From Trueperaceae bacterium (GTDB taxonomy: Bacteria; Deinococcota; Deinococci; Deinococcales; Trueperaceae), in contig OZ243927.1 of the NCBI GenBank assembly GCA_965213925.1, positions 64,001-128,000 of the forward strand: DNA of 64,000 nt, in the 5' to 3' direction. Both the position numbers and the translations under genes were made by a program. Every line of letters begins with the position of its first letter. Within the stretch, counting starts at the first letter, position 1. Shown in pieces: positions 48,263 to 58,177 of this stretch. A model generated the notes under the pieces. It worked only from the letters and a program-made list of their open reading frames with translations. It ran no database searches and was not told the origin of the DNA.

Positions 48263-50116
48263 TTAACTTCTTCCTAACGACCTATCCAAATTATACGCCG
48301 CGCTAATCAGCGCCAAGTGCGTAAACGCCTGCGGAAAGTTCCCTAGCGCTTCGCCGTGATGCCCGGTCTCCTCGGCGTAGAGCCCTAAGTGGTTGGCGTA
48401 GCCAAGCATCTGTTCGAACATGAGCCTCGCGTCTTCTAGGCGGCTGGTCTCGAGCTGCCCCGCCCGAGTCAGCGCCTCGACGAGCCAAAAGGTGCAGATA
48501 TTGAAAGTTCCCTCTTCACCGGAAAGCCCGTCTTCACTCTCGCTGATGTTGTAACGGTACACCAAGCTGTTCGAGACGAGCCCGCCCTCTTCGGGCGTCT
48601 TGAGCGTCGCGTCTAAGGTGCTGAGCATACGCGGGTCTACGGGCGAGATGAAAAAGACTAAAGGCATGATGAGGTTGGCGGCGTCCAAAGCGGTGCTCTC
48701 GTAGTGTTGCACGAACACCTCGCGCTCTTCGCTCCAGCCCTTCGTCATGATCTCCTCGTAAATCTCGTCGCGCACGCTAAGCCAGCGGGCGCGGTCGGCG
48801 GGAAACGAGCGCTTGTCCGCTAGGCGCAACCCTCTATCCACCGCCACCCAGCACATCACGTTCGAGTAGACGAACTGCTGCTTGCCGCCGCGCATCTCCC
48901 AGACGCCCTCGTCTTTGAGACGCCAGTTGTCGCAGACCCAATTCACGAACTCGCGCACCGAGCACCAGAGGTCGTAGGAAATCGGCGCGCCGTACTTGTT
49001 GTATAGGTAGATCGCGTCCATGATTTCGCCGTAGATGTCGAGCTGAAGCTGGTCGTGCGCGGCGTTACCGATGCGCACGGGCTTGGAGTGGCAGTAGCCT
49101 TCTAAATGGTCTAAGGTCTCCTCGGTGAGCGTCTTTTCCCCGCCTATGCCGTACATGATCTGCAAGGGGTAGCCGTTGGGGTTGTCCTCTTCGCAGAGCT
49201 TTTCCAGATACTTCATGAACGCGCCCGCCTCCTCCGTAAAACCGATGCGCAAAAAGGCGTAGAGCGTAAAGGCGGCGTCGCGAATCCAGGTGTAGCGGTA
49301 GTCCCAGTTGCGCTCGCCGCCGATGCCTTCGGGCAGGCTCGTCGTGGGCGCGGCGACGATGGCTCCGGTGGGCTTATAGGTCAGGAGCTTGAGCGCCAGC
49401 GCCGAGCGGTGGACGTTCTCGCGCCAGCGTCCGGTGTAGGTGCATTGCGAGAGCCAGCGCCGCCAGTAGTTCACCGTTTCGCGGAAGACCTTGACCGCGC
49501 CCTGCTCAGAAAGGACGTCACCGCAGCCCCTAAACTCACCGATTTCGCGCAGCACGAAGGTGGTCGTGTGACCCTCAGAGAGCGCGAATTCGGCGGTGAC
49601 GGCGCTGCCGTCGTTCTCCAAGGGGACTTCGGCGGAGAGCCCTAAGCTGAGGTGTTCGCTCGAGAAGCAAACCCCGTCCTCGTACACTTCAACCTCATGT
49701 GTATCTCTCGCGTAATTAAAGGCGGGCGCACAGGTCATCTTGAAATGCACCGTGCCGCGCACCGCCTTGACGGTCCTGATAATCTGCCGTTTATCGAGGT
49801 CATAGGTTTCGTCGCTCACGGGCATGTAGTCCGTGACCTCGCCGACGCCCTCTTCGGACAAAAAGCGCGTGACCAAGATGTTCGTCTCAGGCCAGTAAAA
49901 CTGCTTGTGGGTGACGGTCTCGGCGACCATCTCGAGCTTAAACCTGCCCCCCTTCTCGTCGTCCAGAATCGCCCCAAAGACCGAAGGCGAGTCGAAGCGG
50001 GGCAAGCAGCACCAGTCGATGGAGCCGTCCTCTCCAACGAGCGCCACGGTATGCATGTCGCCGATGAGCCCGTAGTCTTCGATGGGTTGATAGCTAGACT
50101 GAGATACGTCGGACAT
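48263..50116 (-). CDS. Glycoside hydrolase family 15
   Basis: [47 protein letters not shown]. Confidence 0.96.
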   Translation of the reverse strand: MSDVSQSSYQPIEDYGLIGDMHTVALVGEDGSIDWCCLPRFDSPSVFGAILDDEKGGRFKLEMVAETVTHKQFYWPETNILVTRFLSEEGVGEVTDYMPVSDETYDLDKRQIIRTVKAVRGTVHFKMTCAPAFNYARDTHEVEVYEDGVCFSSEHLSLGLSAEVPLENDGSAVTAEFALSEGHTTTFVLREIGEFRGCGDVLSEQGAVKVFRETVNYWRRWLSQCTYTGRWRENVHRSALALKLLTYKPTGAIVAAPTTSLPEGIGGERNWDYRYTWIRDAAFTLYAFLRIGFTEEAGAFMKYLEKLCEEDNPNGYPLQIMYGIGGEKTLTEETLDHLEGYCHSKPVRIGNAAHDQLQLDIYGEIMDAIYLYNKYGAPISYDLWCSVREFVNWVCDNWRLKDEGVWEMRGGKQQFVYSNVMCWVAVDRGLRLADKRSFPADRARWLSVRDEIYEEIMTKGWSEEREVFVQHYESTALDAANLIMPLVFFISPVDPRMLSTLDATLKTPEEGGLVSNSLVYRYNISESEDGLSGEEGTFNICTFWLVEALTRAGQLETSRLEDARLMFEQMLGYANHLGLYAEETGHHGEALGNFPQAFTHLALISAAYNLDRSLGRS

Positions 50117-50257
50117 GGGGGTCTCCTTTTAGCTGTAGGTCGAAACGCTTTCGTCAGCCTAACATAGCCTCTTTGAGCGTCCGAGTCTTGAAAAGAGTTG
50201 CGCTCAGCGATCCGAGAACAACAGCGCTAGCGACGCTTAGCGGACATAGAATGACGT

Positions 50258-51091
50258 ATGAATCATCAACCCTCTCAAACAGATATAGCGCGCGTCTCCG
50301 TCGTCGGCGCGGGCACGATGGGCGGCGGCGTCGCCGCGCTCCTTCTGCTGAACGGGCTCAGCGTTCACCTCTTCGACCCCTCCGAAGGCGCTTTAGAAAG
50401 AGCACGGAAACGCATCGCCAAACGCAACGACGAGGCGGCGTTAGAACGTCTTTCCGTCACATCGAACTTAGAAGAGGTGGCGAGGGCGGACTATGTGATT
50501 GAAGCGGTGCCGGAGAAGTTGGACCTCAAACGCACCCTCTTCGCGCAGTTGGACGAGGCTGCGCCCGCACACACAATCTTAGCCACCAACACGAGCGAAC
50601 TCTCCGTTACCGCCATCGCCGCCGCGACGAAACGCCCCGACAAGGTCATCGGGATGCACTGGTTCAACCCGCCCGAGCGCATGAGCCTCATCGAAATTGT
50701 GCGGGCGGTGCAGACCTCAGACGAGACGCTAGAGGTGACGCAAGCTTTGTCGGAGAGGTGCGGTAAGACGACGGTTGTCGTACAAGATAGACAGGGATTC
50801 GTGACCACGCGGGCGCTAGCCGCCCTTTTAACCGAAGCCATGCGCATGTTAGAAGAGGGCGTGGCGTCGCCCGAGGATATCGACACCGCGATTAAGCTCG
50901 GGCTGAATCACCCGATGGGACCCTTGGAGCTTGCCGATTACGTCGGCTTAGACACCATGCTCTTCATCTCCGAGTCGATGACCGAAGGGGTGGGCGAGCG
51001 CTTTCGTCCGACGCAGGGGCTTAGAAAGTTGGTAGAGGCGGGACGGTTGGGGCGGAAGAGCGGACACGGATTCTATGAGTATGAAGACTGA
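50258..51091 (+). CDS. 3-hydroxyacyl-CoA dehydrogenase
   Basis: GAGTMG, EAVPE, TNTS, GMHWFNP, PMGPLELAD. Confidence 0.95.
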   Translation: MNHQPSQTDIARVSVVGAGTMGGGVAALLLLNGLSVHLFDPSEGALERARKRIAKRNDEAALERLSVTSNLEEVARADYVIEAVPEKLDLKRTLFAQLDEAAPAHTILATNTSELSVTAIAAATKRPDKVIGMHWFNPPERMSLIEIVRAVQTSDETLEVTQALSERCGKTTVVVQDRQGFVTTRALAALLTEAMRMLEEGVASPEDIDTAIKLGLNHPMGPLELADYVGLDTMLFISESMTEGVGERFRPTQGLRKLVEAGRLGRKSGHGFYEYED

Positions 51092-51107
51092 ACGAAGAGG
51101 TTACCAA

Positions 51108-51263
51108 CAGCAGTTCCAAAACATACTGAGACGGATGAGCACAGGTCTCAGTTCGAAGAACTAGCGGGATTTCATCCCTCAAAATGCGTGCTAGACATCG
51201 TTTTACAAGGTAAGAGTGTTGCTTCGCATCGCTTCGCGCACTCTGAGCGGATGATACCTGCTA
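51108..51263 (-). mobile_element. MITE copy 3 (111-bp backbone) carrying 24-bp and 21-bp insertions
   Basis: Reverse complement aligns to 31207-31317 once 51148-51171 and 51220-51240 are removed (111+24+21=156). Confidence 0.85.
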
Positions 51264-51292
51264 CAAGTATAGCGTTCGGTAAATAATAAAAC

Positions 51293-51449
51293 ATGTCATT
51301 CTGTTCACGAAGTCGGGCGGAGCCTTGCGTCAGCGGAGAGAAAGAATCTCGTTTTTCATTCTCAACTAATAGAGTTTGCAAGACGAGACCCCTCGACTAC
51401 GCAAAGCTACACTCGAGGTGACATAGTAAGAGGTTGTGTTGCAAAACTC
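51293..51449. repeat. REP-like palindromic element, copy 2
   Basis: ATGTCATTCTG...GAAAGAATCTCGT...ACGAGACCCCTCG...GGTGACAT...GTTGCAAAACT. Confidence 0.75.
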
Positions 51450-51519
51450 AACTAGCAGTTTGCTAAGAGGTTGAGAAGAGGTCAAAGGTGAAGAGGACAG
51501 AAATCAAAAGGTCAATGGT

Positions 51520-52476
51520 ATGAGGCTCGAGTTTCCCAACCTCGTCGGCGCACACTGCTCCTCATCCGCGCTGAGAAGCGTACTCGCCTATGATGGTATA
51601 GAGATGTCCGAAGCGCTGACCTTTGGCTTGGGGAGTGGTTTGGGTTTTTTCTATCTGGAAGAACCCAACGGAAGCCCAACCCGCCGCTTCAACGGACGTG
51701 CGCCCGACTTGGAGGGCAACTTTTACCGCTTGGTAGGGAATCCTATTCGGTGGGCAGAGGCTTGGCAACCGGACCTTATCACCGAATCGCTAGCAGCAAA
51801 CCGTCCTGTTTTGGCGCAGACCGATATTCACCCGATTCCCTACTACGACGACGCGCACTTTACGGGGCACGGACTTGTCGTCGTCGGTTTAGAAGGTAAA
51901 GAGGTCTTGACGGCAGATATTGCGGCGGAGGGGTTCTCGAGCATGACCCTCAAAAACTTTCGCGCCGCCGTCGCAGAGAGCCGTCCACCTCTGCTCGAGC
52001 CCTACCACTACGCCCCTGCGCCTAAAATTCAAGAGGTTGATGTGGCTACACTTGCACCTCTAGCGATTCAAAAGACTGTTGAGTACATGTTGGAGCCTCC
52101 CTCGGACCATGAAGGGCTCGCCGGGCTCCGCCGCTTCGCCGCCGACTTGCCCAACTGGACTGAGTTGCCCGACCTTGCCTGGGCAGCGCGGTACGGCTAT
52201 CAAGGTATTGAAAAACGCGGCACGGGCGGCGGGGGCTTTCGGCTTTTGTACCGCGACTTTTTGGGAGAGGTCTCCCCTGTTTTAGAACTTGGTAAGGACC
52301 TCATCACGGGTTTTGAACGTTCGGGAAACCTCTGGACTAGCTTAGCGCAAGAACTCAAGGCCGTTTCGTTCGCTCAAGCGGATGAGCAAGCTGCGCACCT
52401 CATTAGGGCGAGTCAGGTCGCAAGGGAGATTGTGGGGCTCGAGAAAGGCCTCTTCACCTCTTTGGGTCGTTTTTGA
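51520..52476 (+). CDS. BtrH N-terminal / DUF4872-type papain-fold protein
   Basis: GAHCSS, SEALTFGLGSGLGF, HFTGHGLVVVG, GTGGGGFR. Confidence 0.8.
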   Translation: MRLEFPNLVGAHCSSSALRSVLAYDGIEMSEALTFGLGSGLGFFYLEEPNGSPTRRFNGRAPDLEGNFYRLVGNPIRWAEAWQPDLITESLAANRPVLAQTDIHPIPYYDDAHFTGHGLVVVGLEGKEVLTADIAAEGFSSMTLKNFRAAVAESRPPLLEPYHYAPAPKIQEVDVATLAPLAIQKTVEYMLEPPSDHEGLAGLRRFAADLPNWTELPDLAWAARYGYQGIEKRGTGGGGFRLLYRDFLGEVSPVLELGKDLITGFERSGNLWTSLAQELKAVSFAQADEQAAHLIRASQVAREIVGLEKGLFTSLGRF

Positions 52477-52635
52477 GTCGTTCTCTAACCCTGTAGAGGT
52501 CACGCTCGAGCCTCCTCCCGCTAGTTCCTGAGGACCAGAAAGATACCCTTACGCCAGTACCTATCAGCAGAGAACATCTGCCCTTGTCCCTCACGCTCTT
52601 GTGTACGCGCACAAAGGTAGGTATGCTAGGGCTTC

Positions 52636-53547
52636 ATGAGCGTAAGTGTCATCCTCGTCACGAATGTGGGTCAGGGCTTCGGCAGAGCCGTCGCGCTCGC
52701 CTACGGGCAAGCCGACTACGACGTGGTTTGCGCCGACAGGGACGTAGACTTAGCCTCTAAAACGGCGGCTGAAATCGAGGAGTTGGGCGGTCAAGCCATC
52801 CCCATCCAAGCCGACATGACCAGCCAGATGGACGTCAAAGCCGCCTTCGACAAGGTATTTGAAATCTTTGGGGACCTAACGGGCGTGGTGCATGTGGCGA
52901 GTTTCGAGAGCAACACGCGCTTTCGTGACCTGGGCGAAGGGGAGTTCGGCGAGCTGTTGGACGAAAACTTCAAGAGCACTTTTTTAGTCCTTAAAACCGC
53001 CGCGCGCATCCTCAATGAGAGTTGGCTCGTCTTGGTTGCGCCGCCCCGCAACGCCGTCGAGCCGCACATGGTGGCGGTGCGCGGCGCGATCACGCGCATG
53101 GCGGCGGGCTTCGAGTCGCGCTACGACAACTTGAATGTCAATGTCGTGGTGCCGTCGCGCTCGGCGTCGGACCCCAAACACGACGCGCCCCTGGTGCAAA
53201 ACGTGCTGTATTTGGGCTCGAGGCAAACGGGCCTCTCCGGTCACAGGCTCTACGTCGAGCTGCCCCCGCCCCCCAAGGTCATCGAATCGCTCCTGCCCGA
53301 AGTGCGCGCCGCACTCGACGAAAACGTGCGCCAAGATGACTTAGAGGCGAGTCTGTTCGAAGAGGACGACGATATAGAGGATGATTTGGGAGATGAAACG
53401 GGCTACGGCGAAGACGACTTCCAAGACGAGGATTTAGAGGACACTGACGATTTGGAAGAAGATTTAGAGGACACCGACGACATCGAGGACGAAGACCCCG
53501 AGATGGAGCGCTACTACTTCTCGCTAGGTACGGAAGAGATATCGTGA
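52636..53547 (+). CDS. Degenerate SDR-family protein with long acidic C-terminal tail
   Basis: Rossmann start ILVTNVGQGFGRAVA, IQADM; no clear YxxxK; Asp/Glu-rich tail. Confidence 0.8.
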   Translation: MSVSVILVTNVGQGFGRAVALAYGQADYDVVCADRDVDLASKTAAEIEELGGQAIPIQADMTSQMDVKAAFDKVFEIFGDLTGVVHVASFESNTRFRDLGEGEFGELLDENFKSTFLVLKTAARILNESWLVLVAPPRNAVEPHMVAVRGAITRMAAGFESRYDNLNVNVVVPSRSASDPKHDAPLVQNVLYLGSRQTGLSGHRLYVELPPPPKVIESLLPEVRAALDENVRQDDLEASLFEEDDDIEDDLGDETGYGEDDFQDEDLEDTDDLEEDLEDTDDIEDEDPEMERYYFSLGTEEIS

Positions 53548-53571
53548 GGGACGTGCGATGAGAGAAACCCT

Positions 53572-54030
53572 GTGAAGTGCCCCTACTGCTCGTCCTTGGA
53601 GACGCGCGTCGTCAACTCGCGCCCCTCCGACGAGGGCAACGCCATCCGGCGGCGGCGCGAATGCACAGTCTGTAGCCGCCGCTTCACCACCTACGAACGC
53701 GCCCAGTTCGAAGCCCTGATGGTCACCAAGCGCTCCGGGCGGCGTGAGGCGTTTAACCCCGACAAGCTCCTGGACAAACTCCGCATCGCCTGCAACAAGC
53801 GCCCCGCCACCGAAAAGCAGCTTAGAGAGTTCGCCTACACCTTCGAAGACACCGTGCAAAGCCCCGAAATCGGCGCGGAAGAGATCGGCGTTCGCGCCCT
53901 CAAGTTTCTAAAGAGCTTAGACGACGTCGCTTATATCCGCTTCCTGAGCGTCTACCGCGACTTCGACTCGGTGGATAGGTTTATCGAAGAAATTAAGCAG
54001 CTGGAGGGGTTGTCTGTAGAATCTAGCTAA
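53572..54030 (+). CDS. nrdR: Transcriptional repressor NrdR
   Basis: MKCPYC, RRRREC..CSRRFTTYE, ATP-cone, VAYIRF. Confidence 0.97.
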   Translation: MKCPYCSSLETRVVNSRPSDEGNAIRRRRECTVCSRRFTTYERAQFEALMVTKRSGRREAFNPDKLLDKLRIACNKRPATEKQLREFAYTFEDTVQSPEIGAEEIGVRALKFLKSLDDVAYIRFLSVYRDFDSVDRFIEEIKQLEGLSVESS

Positions 54031-54530
54031 TCTGCAACCTCCAACTGCTTGCGGTGATGCGCCATGTGCAAGCTCGCCGCCTGCACCCACTGTAGGGCGT
54101 CTAAGTCACCAAAAACAGGATGAAATATCGTGCGCTCATGCCATGTGGACGTTTTGTCCACCTCTTGCAGATGGCGCGCTCTCACCTCTTTCCATTTAGG
54201 CAACAGCGCTTCTAAGGGTCGCGGCTCGCCAGGTAAGGCGAACTCGGGCGATTGAATTTTCCCGTTCTCGATGTTGGCGGGTTTTTTGGGCATCTCGGGC
54301 AGCGGCGCGTCGCGGCGCAAGAGGTAGAGCACCTTGCTCATCGAGACGTTCGTCTTCAAGACGTGCTCGAAAATCTGCGCGGGGCTCCACGCCTCGGGGC
54401 GTAGCGGCACCGTCCAGCGCTCCTGTAAAGAGGTCTGAACCCCTTCAAAGGCGTCGAATTCGTGCACGAGAACCGCCTTCGCCTCTTCGGGGTCCAAACC
54501 GAAATGGGATAATGCGTCTTTATTGGGCAT
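54027..54530 (-). CDS. DinB/DUF664-like four-helix metalloprotein
   Basis: WSPAQIFEH, HPVFG, HMAHHRKQL. Confidence 0.85.
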   Translation of the reverse strand: MPNKDALSHFGLDPEEAKAVLVHEFDAFEGVQTSLQERWTVPLRPEAWSPAQIFEHVLKTNVSMSKVLYLLRRDAPLPEMPKKPANIENGKIQSPEFALPGEPRPLEALLPKWKEVRARHLQEVDKTSTWHERTIFHPVFGDLDALQWVQAASLHMAHHRKQLEVAD

Positions 54531-54577
54531 GGGGGAGTTTACCGTGAAAAGAGATGAGGTAGCGGCGTTGTTCCAAT

Positions 54578-54695
54578 AAGCAATGAGTGAAAATCTTTAG
54601 ACTCACCGTTCGTTCCTTCGGCTAGTGGGAGCGTATGCGACTGTACTGCGTAACCAGCTCGACTGGATTGCTTTCAACTCGTTGCTCATTGCTTC
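54578..54695. repeat. Heptamer repeat with 62-bp nested micro-insertion (54606-54667)
   Basis: CTCA[CCGTTCGT...CCAGCTCGACTGGA]TTGCT. Confidence 0.75.
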
Positions 54696-54750
54696 ATTTT
54701 GGGTTAAGCGGTTGACGGTAAAGAGGTCGAAACGCCGCTAAGCTAACGCT

Positions 54751-56016
54751 ATGAGACAGCTCGTTTGTATGATGATTTTCCTTTTAGGAAGCACCTTGGC
54801 GCAGAGCACGCTCGAGAGCGCGTTTAGACGCCTCAGTACGAATACAGAACGCGCCAACATCCCCTTAGAAGAGGTCTTGAGCGGTGGTCCTCCCCCGCAG
54901 GGCATCCCCGCGCTCGGCTTTGGCGGAGATTGGCAAGAGGTCGCGTCCGCGTCCGAAGCGCCTGCGTTCGTCTCGCAGGACGAGGCGGCGGGGTGGTTGG
55001 AGCCCCAAGAGCCCGTCGCCCTACTCTCGTTACGAGACAACGCCAAGATCTACCCGCTACAAATTTTGACCTGGCACGAGATCGTCAACGACACCTTAGG
55101 TGATGTGCCCGTCGCCGTGACCTTCTGCCCGCTTTGCAACAGCGCTCTAGCCTTCGACCGCCGCGTTCCGCTGAGTGAAGAGGCGTTAGAGAGGGTTCAG
55201 AATCTCAACCCCGAAGCTGAAGTTGCCTCGCTCGAGCCCACCTTCATAGACGCCTACGCCGCGCAAGTCGGTGAAGAGGTCGGAGTCAGTCAGGGTTTGG
55301 AAGTCACCTTTGGCGTCTCAGGGCTTTTGTACAACTCCAACTTGCTCATGTTCGATAGCGAGACGAGCACCTTGTGGTCGCAGATTTTAGGCGAGGGCAA
55401 CGTCGGCACGCTGACCGGCACCGAACTCTTGCGCCTGCCCGCGCAAATCGTCTCGTTCGAGCAGGCACGCGAGGCGTTTCCGGACGCGAGCGTGCTCTCC
55501 CAGGACACGGGTTACCGCCGGAACTACGGACAAAACCCCTATGTCGGTTACGACGCGGTGGGCAGCCCCGCCTTTCTCTTTCGGGGCGTGACGGACGGCA
55601 GGCTCACGCCCAAAGCGCGCGTGGTGAGCGTGATTCAGGACGAGGAAACAGCGGCGTATCCCTTCGAGATTTTGTCGCAGGAGCACGTGATTAACGACGA
55701 ACTTAACGGAACACCTCTTGTGGTCTTTTGGCAAGAGGGCACGGCGAGCGCGCTGGACACCCAGAGCATCGCCCAGGGTCAGGATGTTGGCGCAGTCGGC
55801 GTTTTCGACAGGCGTTTAGGAGACCGAGACCTCACGTTCGCATGGCGAGAGGGCGCGTTCGTAGACACAGAAACAAACAGCACCTGGAACCTCTTGGGCG
55901 AAGCGGTAGCGGGAGAACTCTCCGGTGAACGCCTCTCCCCCATCGTCCACGACAACACGCTCTGGTTTGCGTGGGCAGCGTTTAAGCCGGAAACGCGCAT
56001 CTATTTGGGCGAGTGA
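54751..56016 (+). CDS. DUF3179-family exported protein
   Basis: SGGPP.GIPA, WHEIVND, FCPLCNS, FGVSGLLYNSNL, WFAWAAF. Confidence 0.9.
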   Translation: MRQLVCMMIFLLGSTLAQSTLESAFRRLSTNTERANIPLEEVLSGGPPPQGIPALGFGGDWQEVASASEAPAFVSQDEAAGWLEPQEPVALLSLRDNAKIYPLQILTWHEIVNDTLGDVPVAVTFCPLCNSALAFDRRVPLSEEALERVQNLNPEAEVASLEPTFIDAYAAQVGEEVGVSQGLEVTFGVSGLLYNSNLLMFDSETSTLWSQILGEGNVGTLTGTELLRLPAQIVSFEQAREAFPDASVLSQDTGYRRNYGQNPYVGYDAVGSPAFLFRGVTDGRLTPKARVVSVIQDEETAAYPFEILSQEHVINDELNGTPLVVFWQEGTASALDTQSIAQGQDVGAVGVFDRRLGDRDLTFAWREGAFVDTETNSTWNLLGEAVAGELSGERLSPIVHDNTLWFAWAAFKPETRIYLGE

Positions 56017-56840
56017 GCTTCCAACAGTCCTACCGCCCTCGTGATGTGGATGGAGCCTTCGTCAGCAATTCGTTTCTCGAGATAGCTCCTAAACGCCTCG
56101 AGCCTTTTCGCGACCTCTTCTTTTAGTTGCTCCTTGAAGGCTTCCGACGAATTCATGGAGAGGATAAAAGCGATAAGAGGTTCTGCCTCGGTCACGAAGA
56201 GGTCATTGCTTTTCAAAAGATGGAGCGTGACCTCTCCAAAGTGCGTTTTGAACAACCTTTCCCCCTCTTCAAGCTTGAATGGTTGCGAGCCGAAGGTTTC
56301 TCTAAAGGCTCGTAAAGACACCTCATCCATGAAATGTGCAGCCAACTCGCTTAGCTCCTGCAGGTGCGCTCTGCTACTCGCCCCGATGTAGACGCGCCCG
56401 CCAGGTTTAAGCACACAGCGTATCTCTTGAAGGGCTCGGTTCGCGTCCGGAATGTGGTGGAACACTTGATTCGCCATAACCATGTCGAAGCGGTTATCTT
56501 CGAAAGGAATCTCCTGCGCGTCTATCTCTGCAAATTCGAAATGATGAGGAACGCTCTTTAGGCGCTCTTTCGCCTCTTTCAGCATCCCCGCCGAGAGGTC
56601 AGAAAGCGTGACGTCCCATCCTTCGGGGATGCGCCCTTCGTTCTCGAGCCAAAATGTACCGGGACCACAGCCTAGCTCTAACACGCGGCTCTTTTCCGGC
56701 ACGTCGTACCGGTCAAAAAGCCAGCGATGCCAATTCACTGCTCGCTCACCAAAACGCCTGTGCAGCGTGATACGGGCGTCTAAGTTCGAGGCGTCCTTGT
56801 ACTGCATCTCTCTGAGATAAGTTTGGTCTGTATAGTGCAT
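56001..56840 (-). CDS. Class I SAM-dependent methyltransferase
   Basis: VLELGCGPG, DLSAGM, FDMVMAN, VLKPGG. Confidence 0.93.
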   Translation of the reverse strand: MHYTDQTYLREMQYKDASNLDARITLHRRFGERAVNWHRWLFDRYDVPEKSRVLELGCGPGTFWLENEGRIPEGWDVTLSDLSAGMLKEAKERLKSVPHHFEFAEIDAQEIPFEDNRFDMVMANQVFHHIPDANRALQEIRCVLKPGGRVYIGASSRAHLQELSELAAHFMDEVSLRAFRETFGSQPFKLEEGERLFKTHFGEVTLHLLKSNDLFVTEAEPLIAFILSMNSSEAFKEQLKEEVAKRLEAFRSYLEKRIADEGSIHITRAVGLLEAHSPK

Positions 56841-56949
56841 GAGTCATCATAAACCTCTTTAGGAAATTTCGAACTTTGCAGCGCTCGGACCTCTTCGCCG
56901 TGCAAAGCCGAACAGTCAGAGAAAATGCTTTGCTTTATACTGTTGCTTT

Positions 56950-57825
56950 ATGTCCGACGTTGCGACCAAACACCTCCCCGTACTCATCTCCACCCCGCAC
57001 TCCTCCGGCTTCGTCCCCGACGACATCTTGAGCGAGATGTTGGGCGACAGAGCGAGCGATGAAGGTTTGCGCGAGCGGTTCTTAAAGCGGCTTTTCTTCG
57101 AGGGCGACCCCTACACCGACCAGATTTTCCGGGCGGAGGGGGCGCTGCACTTCAACGCGGCGGCGTCGCGCTTTGTGGTGGACTATAACCGGCGGCGCGA
57201 CGAGAGCGGCGCGAACGGCGTCATCAAGCTCACTGACTTCAGCGCCGAACCGCTTTATCCCGAGGATTATAGGCTCAGTCACGAAGCCGCCGAAGCCCGC
57301 TTAGAAACCTATTGGGACCCTTTCCACAAAGCCATCGAACACGCCCTAGAGCGCGAAGACATCCTCTTTTTCGTGGATGGTCACGCGATGGCACCTGTAG
57401 GACCCGCCATCGGACCCGACAGCGGCAAGTTGCGCCCGGCGCTCACGCTGATTACGGGTGGCGACAAGGAGGGCAAACCCGCAACACCGGGAGCCTACAC
57501 CAGCGTAGACGCCGAGACCGCGCACGCGCTCATTGAGAGGCTCGAGCATCGCTTCAAAGGCATTATGAACGTCTGTCCCAACGTGCCGCCGCGCGCCCTT
57601 CTCAATTCGCCCTTTATGATGGCGGACATCCAGCGCCGCTACAGCAACCCCGTCTTCGCGCACCATAAACCGGGCTTTTCGCTAGAGGTCAACCGCGCCC
57701 TCTACTTGCAAGGTTGTGAGAACGGCTTCGACGAGGCGATACCGGAGCACATCGAGATGCTCAATGCGGCATTCAATAACTTTTTAGAGGACATTATTCC
57801 GCTGTTTGAGAAGCGCGGGGGGTAG
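56950..57825 (+). CDS. N-formylglutamate amidohydrolase family
   Basis: STPHSS, DPYTD, SRFVVDYNR, YWDPFH, DGHAM, LEVNRALY. Confidence 0.9.
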   Translation: MSDVATKHLPVLISTPHSSGFVPDDILSEMLGDRASDEGLRERFLKRLFFEGDPYTDQIFRAEGALHFNAAASRFVVDYNRRRDESGANGVIKLTDFSAEPLYPEDYRLSHEAAEARLETYWDPFHKAIEHALEREDILFFVDGHAMAPVGPAIGPDSGKLRPALTLITGGDKEGKPATPGAYTSVDAETAHALIERLEHRFKGIMNVCPNVPPRALLNSPFMMADIQRRYSNPVFAHHKPGFSLEVNRALYLQGCENGFDEAIPEHIEMLNAAFNNFLEDIIPLFEKRGG

Positions 57826-57849
57826 GCTCGAGGGTTGAATAGTACGTCG

Positions 57850-57883
57850 AAAGCGGTGCAAAGGTGATTTTGCACCGCTTTTT
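57850..57883. terminator. Bidirectional intrinsic terminator
   Basis: AAAGCGGTGCAAA-loop-TTTGCACCGCTTTTT between convergent genes. Confidence 0.75.
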
Positions 57884-57919
57884 GTTGATGGGACTTTCAG
57901 GTCGGTGTGAGCTGTCGGC

Positions 57920-58105
57920 TCAATCTCTCTTATTGATGCCGTCCCTTTTATTGATCCCATCTCGTTTGTTGATGCCGTCCCTTTTGTTAATCCCGTCTTG
58001 GTCTTTTCCCTCCCCGCCCTTCGAGGGTTCACCCGAGTCTTTTTTCTCTTGCTTGAGAAAATCATTCTTATTTGTGGAATCAGCTTCTCTACTTTGGTCG
58101 CTCAT
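57920..58105 (-). CDS. 61-aa peptide with C-terminal (DGINKR)x4-D repeats
   Basis: AAGGAG RBS 8 nt before ATG; repeat units differ only synonymously; downstream hairpin. Confidence 0.8.
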   Translation of the reverse strand: MSDQSREADSTNKNDFLKQEKKDSGEPSKGGEGKDQDGINKRDGINKRDGINKRDGINKRD

Positions 58106-58177
58106 GCCCGGTCTCCTTAGTCTGAATTTAGAGCAAAGCTCTTTGGGTCGTGCGAAGGTCTTTCCTTCAGAAGCAGT

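Noticed and set aside
54751..56016. Selenoprotein in DUF3179
   Set aside because: CPLC motif has ordinary Cys codons and there is no in-frame TGA
57920..58105. Amyloid-signalling (BASS-type) partner of the NLR-like protein
   Set aside because: No matching motif at the regulator N-terminus, which is a wHTH-like domain; the repeat is highly charged
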